Positions 29,611 to 39,645 of a stretch of DNA of 64,000 bases are shown here, piece after piece; position 1 is the stretch's first letter; the number at the start of each line of letters is the position of its first letter. Origin of the DNA: a virus. Taxonomy: Duplodnaviria > Heunggongvirae > Uroviricota > Caudoviricetes. The stretch lies in the IMG/VR virus record IMGVR_UViG_3300029720_000461. The stretch is one strand, 5' to 3'. The position numbers and the translations under genes were made by a program. The notes under the pieces were generated by a model, which saw only the letters and a list, made by a program, of their open reading frames with translations, searched no databases and was not told the DNA's origin.

Positions 29611-29639
29611 TTGACATGTGTATTTACATGTGATATATT
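29611..29639 (+). promoter_or_regulatory. putative sigma70-type promoter
   Basis: ttgaca-17 bp-tatatt upstream of the 29693 gene. Confidence 0.4.
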
Positions 29640-29692
29640 AAAAATATATTATAACGCTGTATACAAATAACTTTGTTTAAGAGGAATTAATT

Positions 29693-30304
29693 ATGTTAAT
29701 GATTATAACAGGAAAAAGTGCAAGTGGAAAAGACACCATAAAGAAAGAATTAGTAAAAAAGGATTATGAGCCTGTATTAAGCCTGACTACAAGGCAGCCA
29801 AGAGAAGGTGAAAAGTACGGGTTAGATTATATATACACAGTAAACGAATATTTTGAAAGCTTATTAGAGCAGGATAAATTATATGAAAGCAGAAAAGCAG
29901 GAAATATATATTATGGTACATTAAAATCAGACCTTGATATGGTAAAGCATAATCCTGAAAAAAATTATATAATGATAAAAGACCTTGAAGGTGCTGAAGA
30001 TATAATTGACTATATAGGGCAGAAGAATGTATTTGTCGCATACATAGATGTATCAGATGATATAAGAAAGAAAAGAGCATCTATACGCAATGATTTTTCT
30101 GAAGAGAAATGGAATGAAAGGCTTGAATCGGATAATAAGCAGTTCACACATGAAAATATAGACAAAGTAGTTGATGTAATCTTTTATAACAATAAGGATA
30201 TGGACAATCTGGTAAAGGATATAGATGAAACTATGAGCAGGATAAAAGCTAATATATCAGTACCAAAAGGAAGATTCAGAGACACATTTGATAGAGAACT
30301 ATAA
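29693..30304 (+). CDS. guanylate-kinase-like nucleoside-monophosphate kinase
   Basis: P-loop ITGKSASGKDT; GMP-binding-like LTTRQPREGEKYGLDYIY. Confidence 0.6.
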   Translation: MLMIITGKSASGKDTIKKELVKKDYEPVLSLTTRQPREGEKYGLDYIYTVNEYFESLLEQDKLYESRKAGNIYYGTLKSDLDMVKHNPEKNYIMIKDLEGAEDIIDYIGQKNVFVAYIDVSDDIRKKRASIRNDFSEEKWNERLESDNKQFTHENIDKVVDVIFYNNKDMDNLVKDIDETMSRIKANISVPKGRFRDTFDREL

Positions 30305-30495
30305 AAATTAAATATATAACCTAAAAAAGCCTTTTTGCAATATTTTGTAGAAGGGCTTTTATTATAATGTAAGTACAAAAAATAATAGGAGTAATTATGA
30401 CCGTTTTAAAGCCGGTGTGATTAGGAATCCTAAATTATTAAAAAACAGAATGAAAAATATTGAAAGGTAAATGATTATAGCTAAAGGAGAGAAAT

Positions 30496-30792
30496 ATGTT
30501 AAATAAAGAAGTATTTGAAAAGTATGGAACAGAAAACTGGGTTATAGAAGAAAACTTATGTTATCTTTTACAAAAGTATGCGGAAAAGTTAGGAGTCTCA
30601 AATCCATATAATCCGGTAACATTTGTAAAGGATTTTATGAAAGAAGAGACTTATGTAAATACTGAATATGCTGAAATGAGTGCCATTGATACGGCAAAGA
30701 AGAATATTGTAGCTGATTATATAGAAGGGGAATATAAAGAATCAACAAATAAAAGCTTCAGGAGAGATTCTTATGCAGATAAATGTAGATAA
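30496..30792 (+). CDS. hypothetical protein
   Basis: 98-aa ORF with AAAGGAGAGAAAT RBS. Confidence 0.45.
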   Translation: MLNKEVFEKYGTENWVIEENLCYLLQKYAEKLGVSNPYNPVTFVKDFMKEETYVNTEYAEMSAIDTAKKNIVADYIEGEYKESTNKSFRRDSYADKCR

Positions 30793-31069
30793 AGAAGATA
30801 TAATTAATATGATAAAAGGCGGTGGAACTCATGGCAGTTATTTATGGCTTAACTGGCTCGAAAGTAATGGCTATGTACGCTACTATGACCAATACAGTAA
30901 AATGGACTGGAATGAGGAAAATCTTCGTAAGCTGAGTATAGAAGAATTATATGAATTATATATAGATATGAAAACTAAAGATAAGTGTGATAGACCATTT
31001 CCGGTAAAAGAAACTGATGGAACTGAAGGAATGGCGACAGCTGCACTTCTTCAATTTTTGAATAAATAA
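30773..31069 (+). CDS. hypothetical protein
   Basis: 98-aa ORF overlapping the upstream gene's end. Confidence 0.4.
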   Translation: MQINVDKEDIINMIKGGGTHGSYLWLNWLESNGYVRYYDQYSKMDWNEENLRKLSIEELYELYIDMKTKDKCDRPFPVKETDGTEGMATAALLQFLNK

Positions 31070-31238
31070 TATTATTTTTATTTCTAAATATTATAAAAAG
31101 ACTTTTTTATAATATAAAGAAAGCAAGCATATGATAAACTCCATATGTACTAATAAGTAAACATTAGTACAAACATTAATAAAACAAAAAAGGAAGGATT
31201 TTTAAAGATATCTCTTTAAAAAGCAAGGTAAAAGAAAC

Positions 31239-32798
31239 ATGGGAATTGGAATTACTATTGGAGTTGTAGCAGTTGTATTAATTGCGTTATTATTTGCAAG
31301 TTATATTAAAGCTCCGACAGACAAGGCACTTATTGTATCAGGACTTAGAAAGACACCTAAGTATGTAATTGGAAGGTCATCACTTAAGATACCATTTTTA
31401 CAGAGAGTTGATAAACTTGATTTAAAGATGATTTCCGTTGATGTTAAGACAAAGGAATCAGTACCAACAAATGAGTATATCAATGTTAATATTGATTCTG
31501 CTGTAAAGATTAAGGTTGGTTCATCACCTGAAATGCTTGGAAAGGCTGCAAGTAACTTCCTTAATAAGAACTCAGATTATATCAGAGAATCAGTTGTAGA
31601 TGTGCTTGAAGGTAATGTCCGTGAAATTATAGGACAGATGAAGCTTGAGGATATTGTACAGGACAGAAAGTTATTTGCTGAAAAGGTACAGGAGAATGCT
31701 GCTCCTGATATGGAAAGAATGGGTCTTGAAATTGTAAGCTTTAATGTTCAGAATGTTACTGATGAAGGTAATGTTATTGAAAACCTTGGTATTGACAGGG
31801 TTGTAAGTATCAGTAAGTCAGCACAGATATCAAGAGCAGAATCAGAAAGAGATATTGCAGTTGCAAAAGCTAATGCTGAAAAGCAGGCTAATGATGCAAG
31901 GATTGAAGCTGAGACAGCTATTGCAGAAAGAAATAACGAACTTGAGATTAAGAAGCAGGAATTAAAGAGAGCAGCAGATGTCAAGAAGGCTGAAGCTGAT
32001 GCGGCATATGAAATCCAGCAGCAGGAACAGAGAAAGACAATTGAAATCACTACTGCCAATGCTAATATTGCAAAGCAGGAGAAAGAGATTGAATTAAGAG
32101 AAAAGGAAATCACTGTTAAGGAAAAGACACTTGATGCTGATATCCGTAAGCAGGCTGAAGCTGAAAAGTATGCAGCACAGCAGAAGGCAGATGCAGAACT
32201 TTATCAGAGACAGAAGGAAGCAGAAGCAAAGCAGTTTGAAATTCAGAAGCAGGCTGAAGCCAAGAAATCACAGGCAGAAGCAGACAGATTTGCTAAGGAG
32301 CAGGAAGCTGAAGCAGTTAAGGCACAGGGCTTTGCTGAAGCAGAGAGTATTAAGGCTAAGGGTGTTGCTGATGCTGAAAGTATTAAAGCAAAGGGATTAG
32401 CTGAAGCTGAAGCTATGGAGAAGAAAGCAGATGCCATGTCTAAGTATGGTAAAGCTGCCATGACTGAAATGATTATCAAGGTACTTCCTGAGATGGCAGG
32501 AGCTATTGCAAAGCCATTAGAAGCTATTGATAAGGTAACAATTATTGACAGTGGTAATGGAGAAACCGGAGTAGGTTCATTCAGTGGTAATGTACCATCA
32601 GTACTTGCTAAGACAATTGAATCCGTTAAGGAAACAACCGGTTTTGACCTTACAGAAGTCATGAAGGCTAATACATATGATGCCAAGACTACTAAGAATG
32701 TGAATTTTACAGGACTTCCGGAAGATGCTGACCCGGAGATTAAGGTAACTGTAAAGAATATTCCTGAAAAGGTATCTAAAACAGAAAAGAATAAGTAA
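31239..32798 (+). CDS. flotillin / SPFH (band-7) family membrane protein
   Basis: N-terminal TM then SPFH-like region (KALIVSGLRK...VDVKT) and long EA-rich coiled coil typical of FloT/YuaG. Confidence 0.7.
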   Translation: MGIGITIGVVAVVLIALLFASYIKAPTDKALIVSGLRKTPKYVIGRSSLKIPFLQRVDKLDLKMISVDVKTKESVPTNEYINVNIDSAVKIKVGSSPEMLGKAASNFLNKNSDYIRESVVDVLEGNVREIIGQMKLEDIVQDRKLFAEKVQENAAPDMERMGLEIVSFNVQNVTDEGNVIENLGIDRVVSISKSAQISRAESERDIAVAKANAEKQANDARIEAETAIAERNNELEIKKQELKRAADVKKAEADAAYEIQQQEQRKTIEITTANANIAKQEKEIELREKEITVKEKTLDADIRKQAEAEKYAAQQKADAELYQRQKEAEAKQFEIQKQAEAKKSQAEADRFAKEQEAEAVKAQGFAEAESIKAKGVADAESIKAKGLAEAEAMEKKADAMSKYGKAAMTEMIIKVLPEMAGAIAKPLEAIDKVTIIDSGNGETGVGSFSGNVPSVLAKTIESVKETTGFDLTEVMKANTYDAKTTKNVNFTGLPEDADPEIKVTVKNIPEKVSKTEKNK

Positions 32799-32842
32799 AA
32801 ATAATATTGGTGTTCTGTGTTTTACAGAAACAAAAGGACAGG

Positions 32843-32873
32843 TTGAAAATAATCAGCCTGTCTTTTTTAAGCT
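32843..32873 (+). terminator. rho-independent terminator
   Basis: gacagg...cctgtc hairpin + TTTTTT. Confidence 0.5.
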
Positions 32874-32944
32874 TAATTATATAAATATGTTTTCTTGAAT
32901 TTTGTATAATGAAATAAATCAAATATATAAGGAGAGAAACGGAT

Positions 32945-33694
32945 ATGGTAGAAGTAATAAAAGAAGATTCATTTGCAAAAAGTGATATAAGATTATTAAT
33001 GAATGATAGAAACATAAAGATAACTGAATTATGCAATCCTACAGGCAACAGACTGGCAAGAGAAAAAGAATATAAGAATTATTATAATAAGCATATAAAA
33101 GGCAAAGATGATACAGTATTTCTTACAAGAGCTTATATATTAGAAGAAGAGTTTCCTAGAGATAAATGGTGCTTAGACTATGAAAAGCAGTATGAAAACA
33201 ATAAAGATAAGAATGTAATTAATGATGCAGAAATACTTGCTAGAGAAAGTGATATGCTAAAAAGAGCAGGCTTTGTGGATATTAATGAATTATCAGGCTT
33301 TGAATATAGCAGATTGTTTGTATATCCAAATGCAGCCGGTAAGGAAGTAATTGATAAGGTCTATGGTGATGATGAAAGAAAAAAGCTGTTTGCCATGATT
33401 GAAACGACAACCCAAAATGATATACAAAAGATAATAATGGATTTTGATAATGACATTATAGACATCAAAGAGCCGAGAGATGAGCATGGTGAGCCGGATT
33501 ATTATGGTGAGTTTGAGCTATCCCTTTCTAAAGGCTATAAAAAAACAGGACTTGAGATGCCTGTACTTATGTGGATGAATGATTATTGTGGCTTTGAAAC
33601 ACTTTTAGAAGAGTGTAAAGAATATGAAAACGACAGGAATGAATTATTAAAGAAAAAAACAGTTAAGAAAAATTTTGAAGATAAAGAGATGTAA
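32945..33694 (+). CDS. hypothetical protein
   Basis: 249-aa ORF with AAGGAGAGAAACGG RBS. Confidence 0.5.
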   Translation: MVEVIKEDSFAKSDIRLLMNDRNIKITELCNPTGNRLAREKEYKNYYNKHIKGKDDTVFLTRAYILEEEFPRDKWCLDYEKQYENNKDKNVINDAEILARESDMLKRAGFVDINELSGFEYSRLFVYPNAAGKEVIDKVYGDDERKKLFAMIETTTQNDIQKIIMDFDNDIIDIKEPRDEHGEPDYYGEFELSLSKGYKKTGLEMPVLMWMNDYCGFETLLEECKEYENDRNELLKKKTVKKNFEDKEM

Positions 33695-33969
33695 ATACAC
33701 ATGTGTAAGGATAGGTGTAAAAGCCTATCCTTTTTATTTTTTTTAGGGAAAGATTATGGTAAAGGATGTGATTATATGAGTAATGGAACATATTATTTAA
33801 TGCATAAAGATATTCCAGTTGCAAGATAAGAATAAGTTCAAATCAATAAAAAATAATTGAAGAAATTGTAATTTTTATCAAAATATATTAATTAGTCCTT
33901 TTTACAGCTTTTTATTAAAGTTGAAATGCTAATATAAGTTTAAGAAAAATACAGAAAGGACTAATAAAA

Positions 33970-34701
33970 ATGATTAAGAAAATATTAGCAGCAGCACTGG
34001 CAGCTGTATGTCTTATAGGTACAGGATGTGATTATTATAAACAGATGCCTATTGAAACAGGTGAAACGAAAGCACTTACATTACAGGATAAAATTAAAGG
34101 AACATGGTATTATAAAGAAGAGACAGAGTATAATGAAAATGTTCTTAATCTTGTTAAAATTACAGAAAATGAAGTATATCTTATTATAAGCGGGCAGATT
34201 TATACAAAATATAGTTATAAGCTTCAGGAAGATACCCTGATTATGTTTGCAGATAATCTGTTTGGTGGTACAAGTTCAACTGCAATGAAGGTTGAAGATG
34301 TAAGCAGCACTGTTATGACAGCTAAGACAGATGGCAAAACTGTAACGCTTTTCAAAGCTTCTGGAATGCCTGATGTATTAAACGGTTATTATATAGCATG
34401 TGAAGACAGTGGTTCAGACATGGGTGCATCTATACAGTTTTTATTTAATAATGATGCTAAGACCGGCTCAGTTAATGAACTTGGTAACAGTCTTTTATTT
34501 ACATATGAGGATACCGGCAGCACTTTAAAAATATCATTTGACAAAGGTGTATCAGATGATGCGGCTAAAAATATGGCAGAAATGCTTACAGGTATGCAGT
34601 ATGATGGAAACAGTATTACCCTGAATAAAAAAATAGCAGATAACCAGCTTATTCTTTCCAGTGAAACAGTAAGACTTATCTGTGATTATGTTCCTTATTA
34701 A
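33970..34701 (+). CDS. lipoprotein
   Basis: Signal peptide and lipobox MIKKILAAALAAVCLIGTGC. Confidence 0.6.
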   Translation: MIKKILAAALAAVCLIGTGCDYYKQMPIETGETKALTLQDKIKGTWYYKEETEYNENVLNLVKITENEVYLIISGQIYTKYSYKLQEDTLIMFADNLFGGTSSTAMKVEDVSSTVMTAKTDGKTVTLFKASGMPDVLNGYYIACEDSGSDMGASIQFLFNNDAKTGSVNELGNSLLFTYEDTGSTLKISFDKGVSDDAAKNMAEMLTGMQYDGNSITLNKKIADNQLILSSETVRLICDYVPY

Positions 34702-34707
34702 AATTAT

Positions 34708-34736
34708 AACAGCCTTCGGGCTGTTATTTTTTCATT
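34708..34736 (+). terminator. rho-independent terminator
   Basis: aacagcc-ttcg-ggctgtt + ATTTTTTC. Confidence 0.7.
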
Positions 34737-34966
34737 AAAAAGCTTTATTACAATATTTTAAAAAACGAAAAAAATTATAATAAAGAAAAATGTAGGAAAG
34801 GAATTTTAATTATAATGAAATTATCAGATATATTAAAGCTATATGATTTAAGTATAATGAAAGATACAACTATATATCCGGTTAAGAAACATGTAAAAAC
34901 ACAGGATATAGAAAGATAGTAAAACAACGTCCTTTTGAAACGAAGTGTAGAAAGAAAGGTAATATT

Positions 34967-35947
34967 ATGGATAAAATAAAATTGTCAGATATATTTAAAC
35001 GGAAATTTCTAAATATTATAAAGGATACAAACGGAGATTTCTATATAAAAGGCAAAATGTGTTTTCTTTATGATAATCTAAAAGATTGGACATATGCAGG
35101 TAATAATTTGCGTAGCGTTATAGATGCAATTAATGATACTGTGGTTAAACCAGAAATAGAAGATATACTTTACATAAATATGCCTGATGGAATAATTAAA
35201 ATGATAATTAAAGATAGAGGAATCCCTAAAACGGTAGAAGAAGCTGTGAATTTTCTTGAAACTGCTAAGAAATATGCTGGAAATTTAGCAAATAAATTAA
35301 ATCTGTATGGAAATGTAGAAGATGCATTAAGTCTATTAAGAGCATTTGCTGACCCAGAAAAGTATGTAGAAGATGATATTAAACCAGAGTTTATAACTAA
35401 AGATAAATATGTGAGACACCCTGATTTTAGATTTAATTTTACGGATATAGGACAGGGTGTTGGATATAAGGCAGACACATCAGGATATAACTGGAAAGAT
35501 ATACCTGATGATGCGATTCTTTATATACCGGAATGTTATGCCGGAACTTGGGGATGCAAAGCATCATATGTATATACAAAATCAGATTTAGAAAAATGCA
35601 TAAATGACAGGATAATGGATGATGAACATTTCATAGACACTGAAACAATGTATGATGAATTGTCATGGGAGATGCCGGAAGACTTCTTAGACGGACTTGA
35701 TTTTGATTACAAGAAAATAGCATATTGCATAGGAGATAAGCTGTATTACAACCTTAACGAATTTGATAGCCCGGCACATTCACTTTTAGTTACGGTTACT
35801 GAAGTAAATGAAGATAATATTGTCTGTAAGGACAGTACTGGAATATCATATATGTTTGATGAAGATATGCTTGATTGTCTTACGAATAACCCTATATATC
35901 CGGTTAAGAAAATTAAAATAAAAGATTCTTTTGAAAAAGATATCTAA
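34967..35947 (+). CDS. hypothetical protein
   Basis: 326-aa ORF. Confidence 0.5.
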   Translation: MDKIKLSDIFKRKFLNIIKDTNGDFYIKGKMCFLYDNLKDWTYAGNNLRSVIDAINDTVVKPEIEDILYINMPDGIIKMIIKDRGIPKTVEEAVNFLETAKKYAGNLANKLNLYGNVEDALSLLRAFADPEKYVEDDIKPEFITKDKYVRHPDFRFNFTDIGQGVGYKADTSGYNWKDIPDDAILYIPECYAGTWGCKASYVYTKSDLEKCINDRIMDDEHFIDTETMYDELSWEMPEDFLDGLDFDYKKIAYCIGDKLYYNLNEFDSPAHSLLVTVTEVNEDNIVCKDSTGISYMFDEDMLDCLTNNPIYPVKKIKIKDSFEKDI

Positions 35948-36104
35948 ATGATTAAGGCAGGGAATTTTCTCTGTCTTTTTTATATGTATTTTAAAATTTT
36001 TTAATGGTGCGTTAAAAAGGCTTTTTTAAAATAGTTGGAAACAAGAAAAATAGTAACATATTAACATAAAAGAATATAAAACAAAAAAGGAAGGAATTAA
36101 ATTT

Positions 36105-36527
36105 ATGTTAGAACCAATCACATTACACGAACTTGAAAATTTTTTAGGAGCATTAGCCGGTGTTGCAGAACCTTCTAAGATTATTATTGAAGAAATTCCA
36201 CTTGAAAAAGTAAAGCACTGCAATCACTGTAACAATTGTAAGACAGCTCCAAAGCAACAACCCGAAGCATTGTCACCTGTGAAGAATGTTATTTTTGATG
36301 CACCTTACACAACTGTTATATGGAAAGATGGTACAAGAACTATATCAAAGTGGCATGGTGAAGGCTTTAATAAGTATGCAGGTTTTACCGCATGTATTGC
36401 CAAGAAGTATCTTGGAACATCACTTTTTAAGCAGGAACTTTCAAGGTGGTGCAAAGACACAAAGGAAGATATGAATAAAGATGCATCCGGTTTTTCAGAG
36501 TATTTAAAGGCAATTGATATAAGATGA
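36105..36527 (+). CDS. hypothetical protein
   Basis: 140-aa ORF with AAAGGAAGGAA RBS. Confidence 0.5.
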   Translation: MLEPITLHELENFLGALAGVAEPSKIIIEEIPLEKVKHCNHCNNCKTAPKQQPEALSPVKNVIFDAPYTTVIWKDGTRTISKWHGEGFNKYAGFTACIAKKYLGTSLFKQELSRWCKDTKEDMNKDASGFSEYLKAIDIR

Positions 36528-37252
36528 AAAGAACCAATTATACAGTATTAAAAATAGTAGCAGTACTTACCATGATTGCAGGAGATATGGGATATCTGTT
36601 TATACATTATTTAAGTGATACATGGATAATGATTATGGCTGCGGTGGGAAATTTATCTTTCCCACTGTTTGCCTTTATGCTCACAGAAAGTTTTTTAAGA
36701 TGCAGGAATAAGAACAGATACAAGTATAAATTAATTACACTTATATTATTAGCGGTATTAAGTGAAATACCATTCAACATATTTGTATCAGGCATGTGGA
36801 AATATCCTTTTAAAAACAATGTGTGTTTCACACTTTTTTTAGGATTCCTTATGCTCATATTGCTTGATAAAGACTGGCTGCAAATATGCAGATATTTTAA
36901 AAAGCATAAGAAGCTAAAAAAAATATACAGTTTTTTAATTAAAACAGTAATAACAAGTACATTTATGCTTGTAAATTATTTGTTGTGCAATGATTATTCA
37001 TATACAGGAATACTTCTTATAGCACTTTTTTATTTGTTTAGAAATCATAAGCTGTTAAGGGCGGTACTGCCACTTTTAATACTTATTATATCTGAAGCAA
37101 ATATTCTTTATATACCGGTCATTATTGATATGATTCTAATAGCAATATATGACAGCAAAGATGTAAATATGCCAAAGCCTTTTAAATACGGATTAAGATG
37201 TATATATCCGGTGATGTTAAGCATTATGGCAGTCATAAGTAAAATAATTTAA
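36524..37252 (+). CDS. polytopic membrane protein, TraX-like
   Basis: About 7 TM helices; N-terminus LKIVAVLTMIAGDMGYLF resembles the TraX-family start (LK.IA...M..DH.G). Confidence 0.35.
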   Translation: MKRTNYTVLKIVAVLTMIAGDMGYLFIHYLSDTWIMIMAAVGNLSFPLFAFMLTESFLRCRNKNRYKYKLITLILLAVLSEIPFNIFVSGMWKYPFKNNVCFTLFLGFLMLILLDKDWLQICRYFKKHKKLKKIYSFLIKTVITSTFMLVNYLLCNDYSYTGILLIALFYLFRNHKLLRAVLPLLILIISEANILYIPVIIDMILIAIYDSKDVNMPKPFKYGLRCIYPVMLSIMAVISKII

Positions 37253-37275
37253 TTACAATGGAAGGATTAAATATT

Positions 37276-37455
37276 ATGGAAAAAGAATTTTATTCAATCA
37301 GAGAATTACAGACAATATTCGGATGCGGCAGAAATAAGATATATCAGATTGTGAGAACAGAAGAGTTTCCTAAAATTATGATAGGAAAGAAAATCTATAT
37401 ACCTATTAATGAATTTAATGAATGGAAGAAAAAGCATATAGGAGCAAAAGTATGA
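37276..37455 (+). CDS. excisionase-type (MerR-like HTH_17) DNA-binding protein
   Basis: YSIRELQTIFGCGRNKIYQIVRTEEFPKIMIGKKIYIPINEFNEWKK matches the Xis/AlpA-type HTH pattern; start set at the second ATG with GGAAGGA RBS. Confidence 0.55.
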   Translation: MEKEFYSIRELQTIFGCGRNKIYQIVRTEEFPKIMIGKKIYIPINEFNEWKKKHIGAKV

Positions 37456-37751
37456 TTTTAAAAGAATACTGTGATAGATTAAAAAACATATTGGAAGAAC
37501 ACGAACAGGTATACACAAGGATAGCACCTACTTTTATATGGCTGTATGACATTAATACAAAGCCTGTAGGAGCGATTGAAGTTACACCGTATGGAGCATG
37601 TAAGGGAATCAATTTTATTGACAAGGAAAAGGGCATTATGGCAGGTAAAAAAATGCCTGAAGAAAAAATAAAAGAAATACAGGAAAAAGAAATAATTTCA
37701 GTAAACGGTGGCAGCAGATATGGTTTTTTGGAAATGTATTTAAGGGAATGA
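37452..37751 (+). CDS. hypothetical protein
   Basis: ATGA overlap with the upstream stop. Confidence 0.4.
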   Translation: MILKEYCDRLKNILEEHEQVYTRIAPTFIWLYDINTKPVGAIEVTPYGACKGINFIDKEKGIMAGKKMPEEKIKEIQEKEIISVNGGSRYGFLEMYLRE

Positions 37752-37755
37752 TGAT

Positions 37756-38331
37756 ATGGGAAAAATGATAGCAATAGACGGAAGTACAACTAAAACCGGA
37801 ATAGCTGTTTTTAATTTGAACAGCAAAAAACTTTGTATGCATACTGTAATAGCACCTGATAATATCGTAAAGCCTCTTTCAAAAAAAGACAGAAAAGGAT
37901 TAACGAAAACTCAGCTAAAAATCAGGCAGAGACAGATAAAGAAAGAAAATATCGACTACCGTATATCTGAAATGATTAAAGAGCTGGATAAGGTGTTTAA
38001 TGACTATATGCCGGAAGTAATTGTTATGGAAGATACATATGCAAATAAAGATATGTATGCATATAAAAAATTATGTCATTTACAAGGGCTTGTCCTTAGT
38101 TATTGCATAACAAAAAAAGTAACATTTATATTAAAACCGCCTCAAAGCTGGCGGAAGGATTTAGACTTTGAAATTACTGAAAATGGGATGCAGCATACCA
38201 GAAAAGATTATAAACTTATGTCCGTTAAATACATTAAGGATAAGTATGGTATAGAAGTGACAGATGATGAAGCTGATGCGATATGCATAGGAGACAGTTA
38301 TTTTGCATCAGTGCAAAGAGACCAGCTTTAA
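37756..38331 (+). CDS. RuvC-like Holliday-junction resolvase
   Basis: MIAIDGSTTKTGIAVF (RuvC motif I), EVIVMEDTY, DEADAICIGDSYFA (RuvC C-terminal catalytic Asp). Confidence 0.65.
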   Translation: MGKMIAIDGSTTKTGIAVFNLNSKKLCMHTVIAPDNIVKPLSKKDRKGLTKTQLKIRQRQIKKENIDYRISEMIKELDKVFNDYMPEVIVMEDTYANKDMYAYKKLCHLQGLVLSYCITKKVTFILKPPQSWRKDLDFEITENGMQHTRKDYKLMSVKYIKDKYGIEVTDDEADAICIGDSYFASVQRDQL

Positions 38332-38466
38332 ATAAGTTTAATTCATTTATACTTGTTTATACTTGTATACTTATATACTTATTCATACTTATGTATTCAC
38401 ATATAAGTTTATGCCTTCAAACATTCTGAATGGTAAATATATTTTGATGCTATAAAGGAGCTACAT

Positions 38467-39645
38467 ATGTTTGATAAGAAAAATAAAACATCTGATACAA
38501 AAGAAAATTCAACAGACAAGGAATTTGCAGCATTAAAAGAAAAAGACAAAAACAATCAGCAGGATAAAATGTCTATTGAAGAATTAATTAACAACATAAA
38601 AGATACATTATTTATAGAACTTACAGAAGAGATGAATGATGATTCAATTACTGATATAGAATGGGATGGTGACTGTCTATGGCTTAAACAGATAGGCACA
38701 GGATGTTATTTATCGCCTAAAAAGTTGTCAAAAAATTATGTTGATAACTTGGCAATCCGTTTAAGTAATATCATGGGAAGAAATTTCAATCAGGCAAACC
38801 CTGTACTGGAAGCAGATACAAAAACACTCCGTATATCAATTACACATGAAAGCAGAAGTGGGAAAAAATCAATTACAATCAGAAAGCTGCCGGTTGTAAT
38901 GAGATACGGACATGAAGATTTGGTAAATGCAGGAACTATTCCTGAAAAGCTTCTGAATCTTTTAGAAAACTGTGTAATAGCACACTGCACCGTGCTGATA
39001 GGTGGTACACCACAGGCAGGAAAGACAGAACTGCTTAAATACCTTACCAACTTTATACCGGCAAATGAAAAGGTTATGACAATTGAAGATAATTCAGAGA
39101 TTCATTATAAGGAGCTTCATCCAAATAAAAACTGTACGCCGTTTATCGTTGATAAAAGGTTTGGATACTCAGAGGCTATCAAGATGTCTTTAAGGCATAA
39201 CACCGACTGGGTACTGATTTCAGAATCACGAGGCAAAGAAGTTAAGGAACTGATTAACGTACTCAATACAGGTCTGCATTGTATGACAACCCTTCATCTT
39301 GATGAAGTAAGTGATATACCTGACAGATTATTTAGTATGCTTGAAGACCAGAAGAACAGCAGATTTATTGATAACGTATATAAATACATTGATGTTGGAC
39401 TTGTAATTGCTGTTGATAAAAAGCAGGAAAGAAAAATTATTGATTTTGGCTTTTTTGAGCGTAATGAAACAGGCAATCATTACAGACCTTTTTATAACAT
39501 AGATGACGGAGTAATTCCTGAAAAGGACATGCTTCCTGAAAACATGAAGAAGATATTTAAAAGGGCGGGAATAGATAATCCATATGAAAGACCAAAAGCT
39601 TGTGCAGGAGCAATACCGGTAGAAAAGGAAAGGAGTGCTGAGTAA
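38467..39645 (+). CDS. CpaF/TadA/VirB11-family secretion ATPase
   Basis: Walker A GGTPQAGKTE; TIEDNSEI (Asp box); His-box-like region; family-typical N-terminal domain. Confidence 0.7.
   Translation: MFDKKNKTSDTKENSTDKEFAALKEKDKNNQQDKMSIEELINNIKDTLFIELTEEMNDDSITDIEWDGDCLWLKQIGTGCYLSPKKLSKNYVDNLAIRLSNIMGRNFNQANPVLEADTKTLRISITHESRSGKKSITIRKLPVVMRYGHEDLVNAGTIPEKLLNLLENCVIAHCTVLIGGTPQAGKTELLKYLTNFIPANEKVMTIEDNSEIHYKELHPNKNCTPFIVDKRFGYSEAIKMSLRHNTDWVLISESRGKEVKELINVLNTGLHCMTTLHLDEVSDIPDRLFSMLEDQKNSRFIDNVYKYIDVGLVIAVDKKQERKIIDFGFFERNETGNHYRPFYNIDDGVIPEKDMLPENMKKIFKRAGIDNPYERPKACAGAIPVEKERSAE

Noticed and set aside
31748-32686. Minus-strand ORFs (121 and 147 aa) and the +2-frame ORF 32131..32400 inside the flotillin gene
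   Set aside because: Ala/Ser/Leu-rich shadows of the EA-rich coiled-coil coding repeat.
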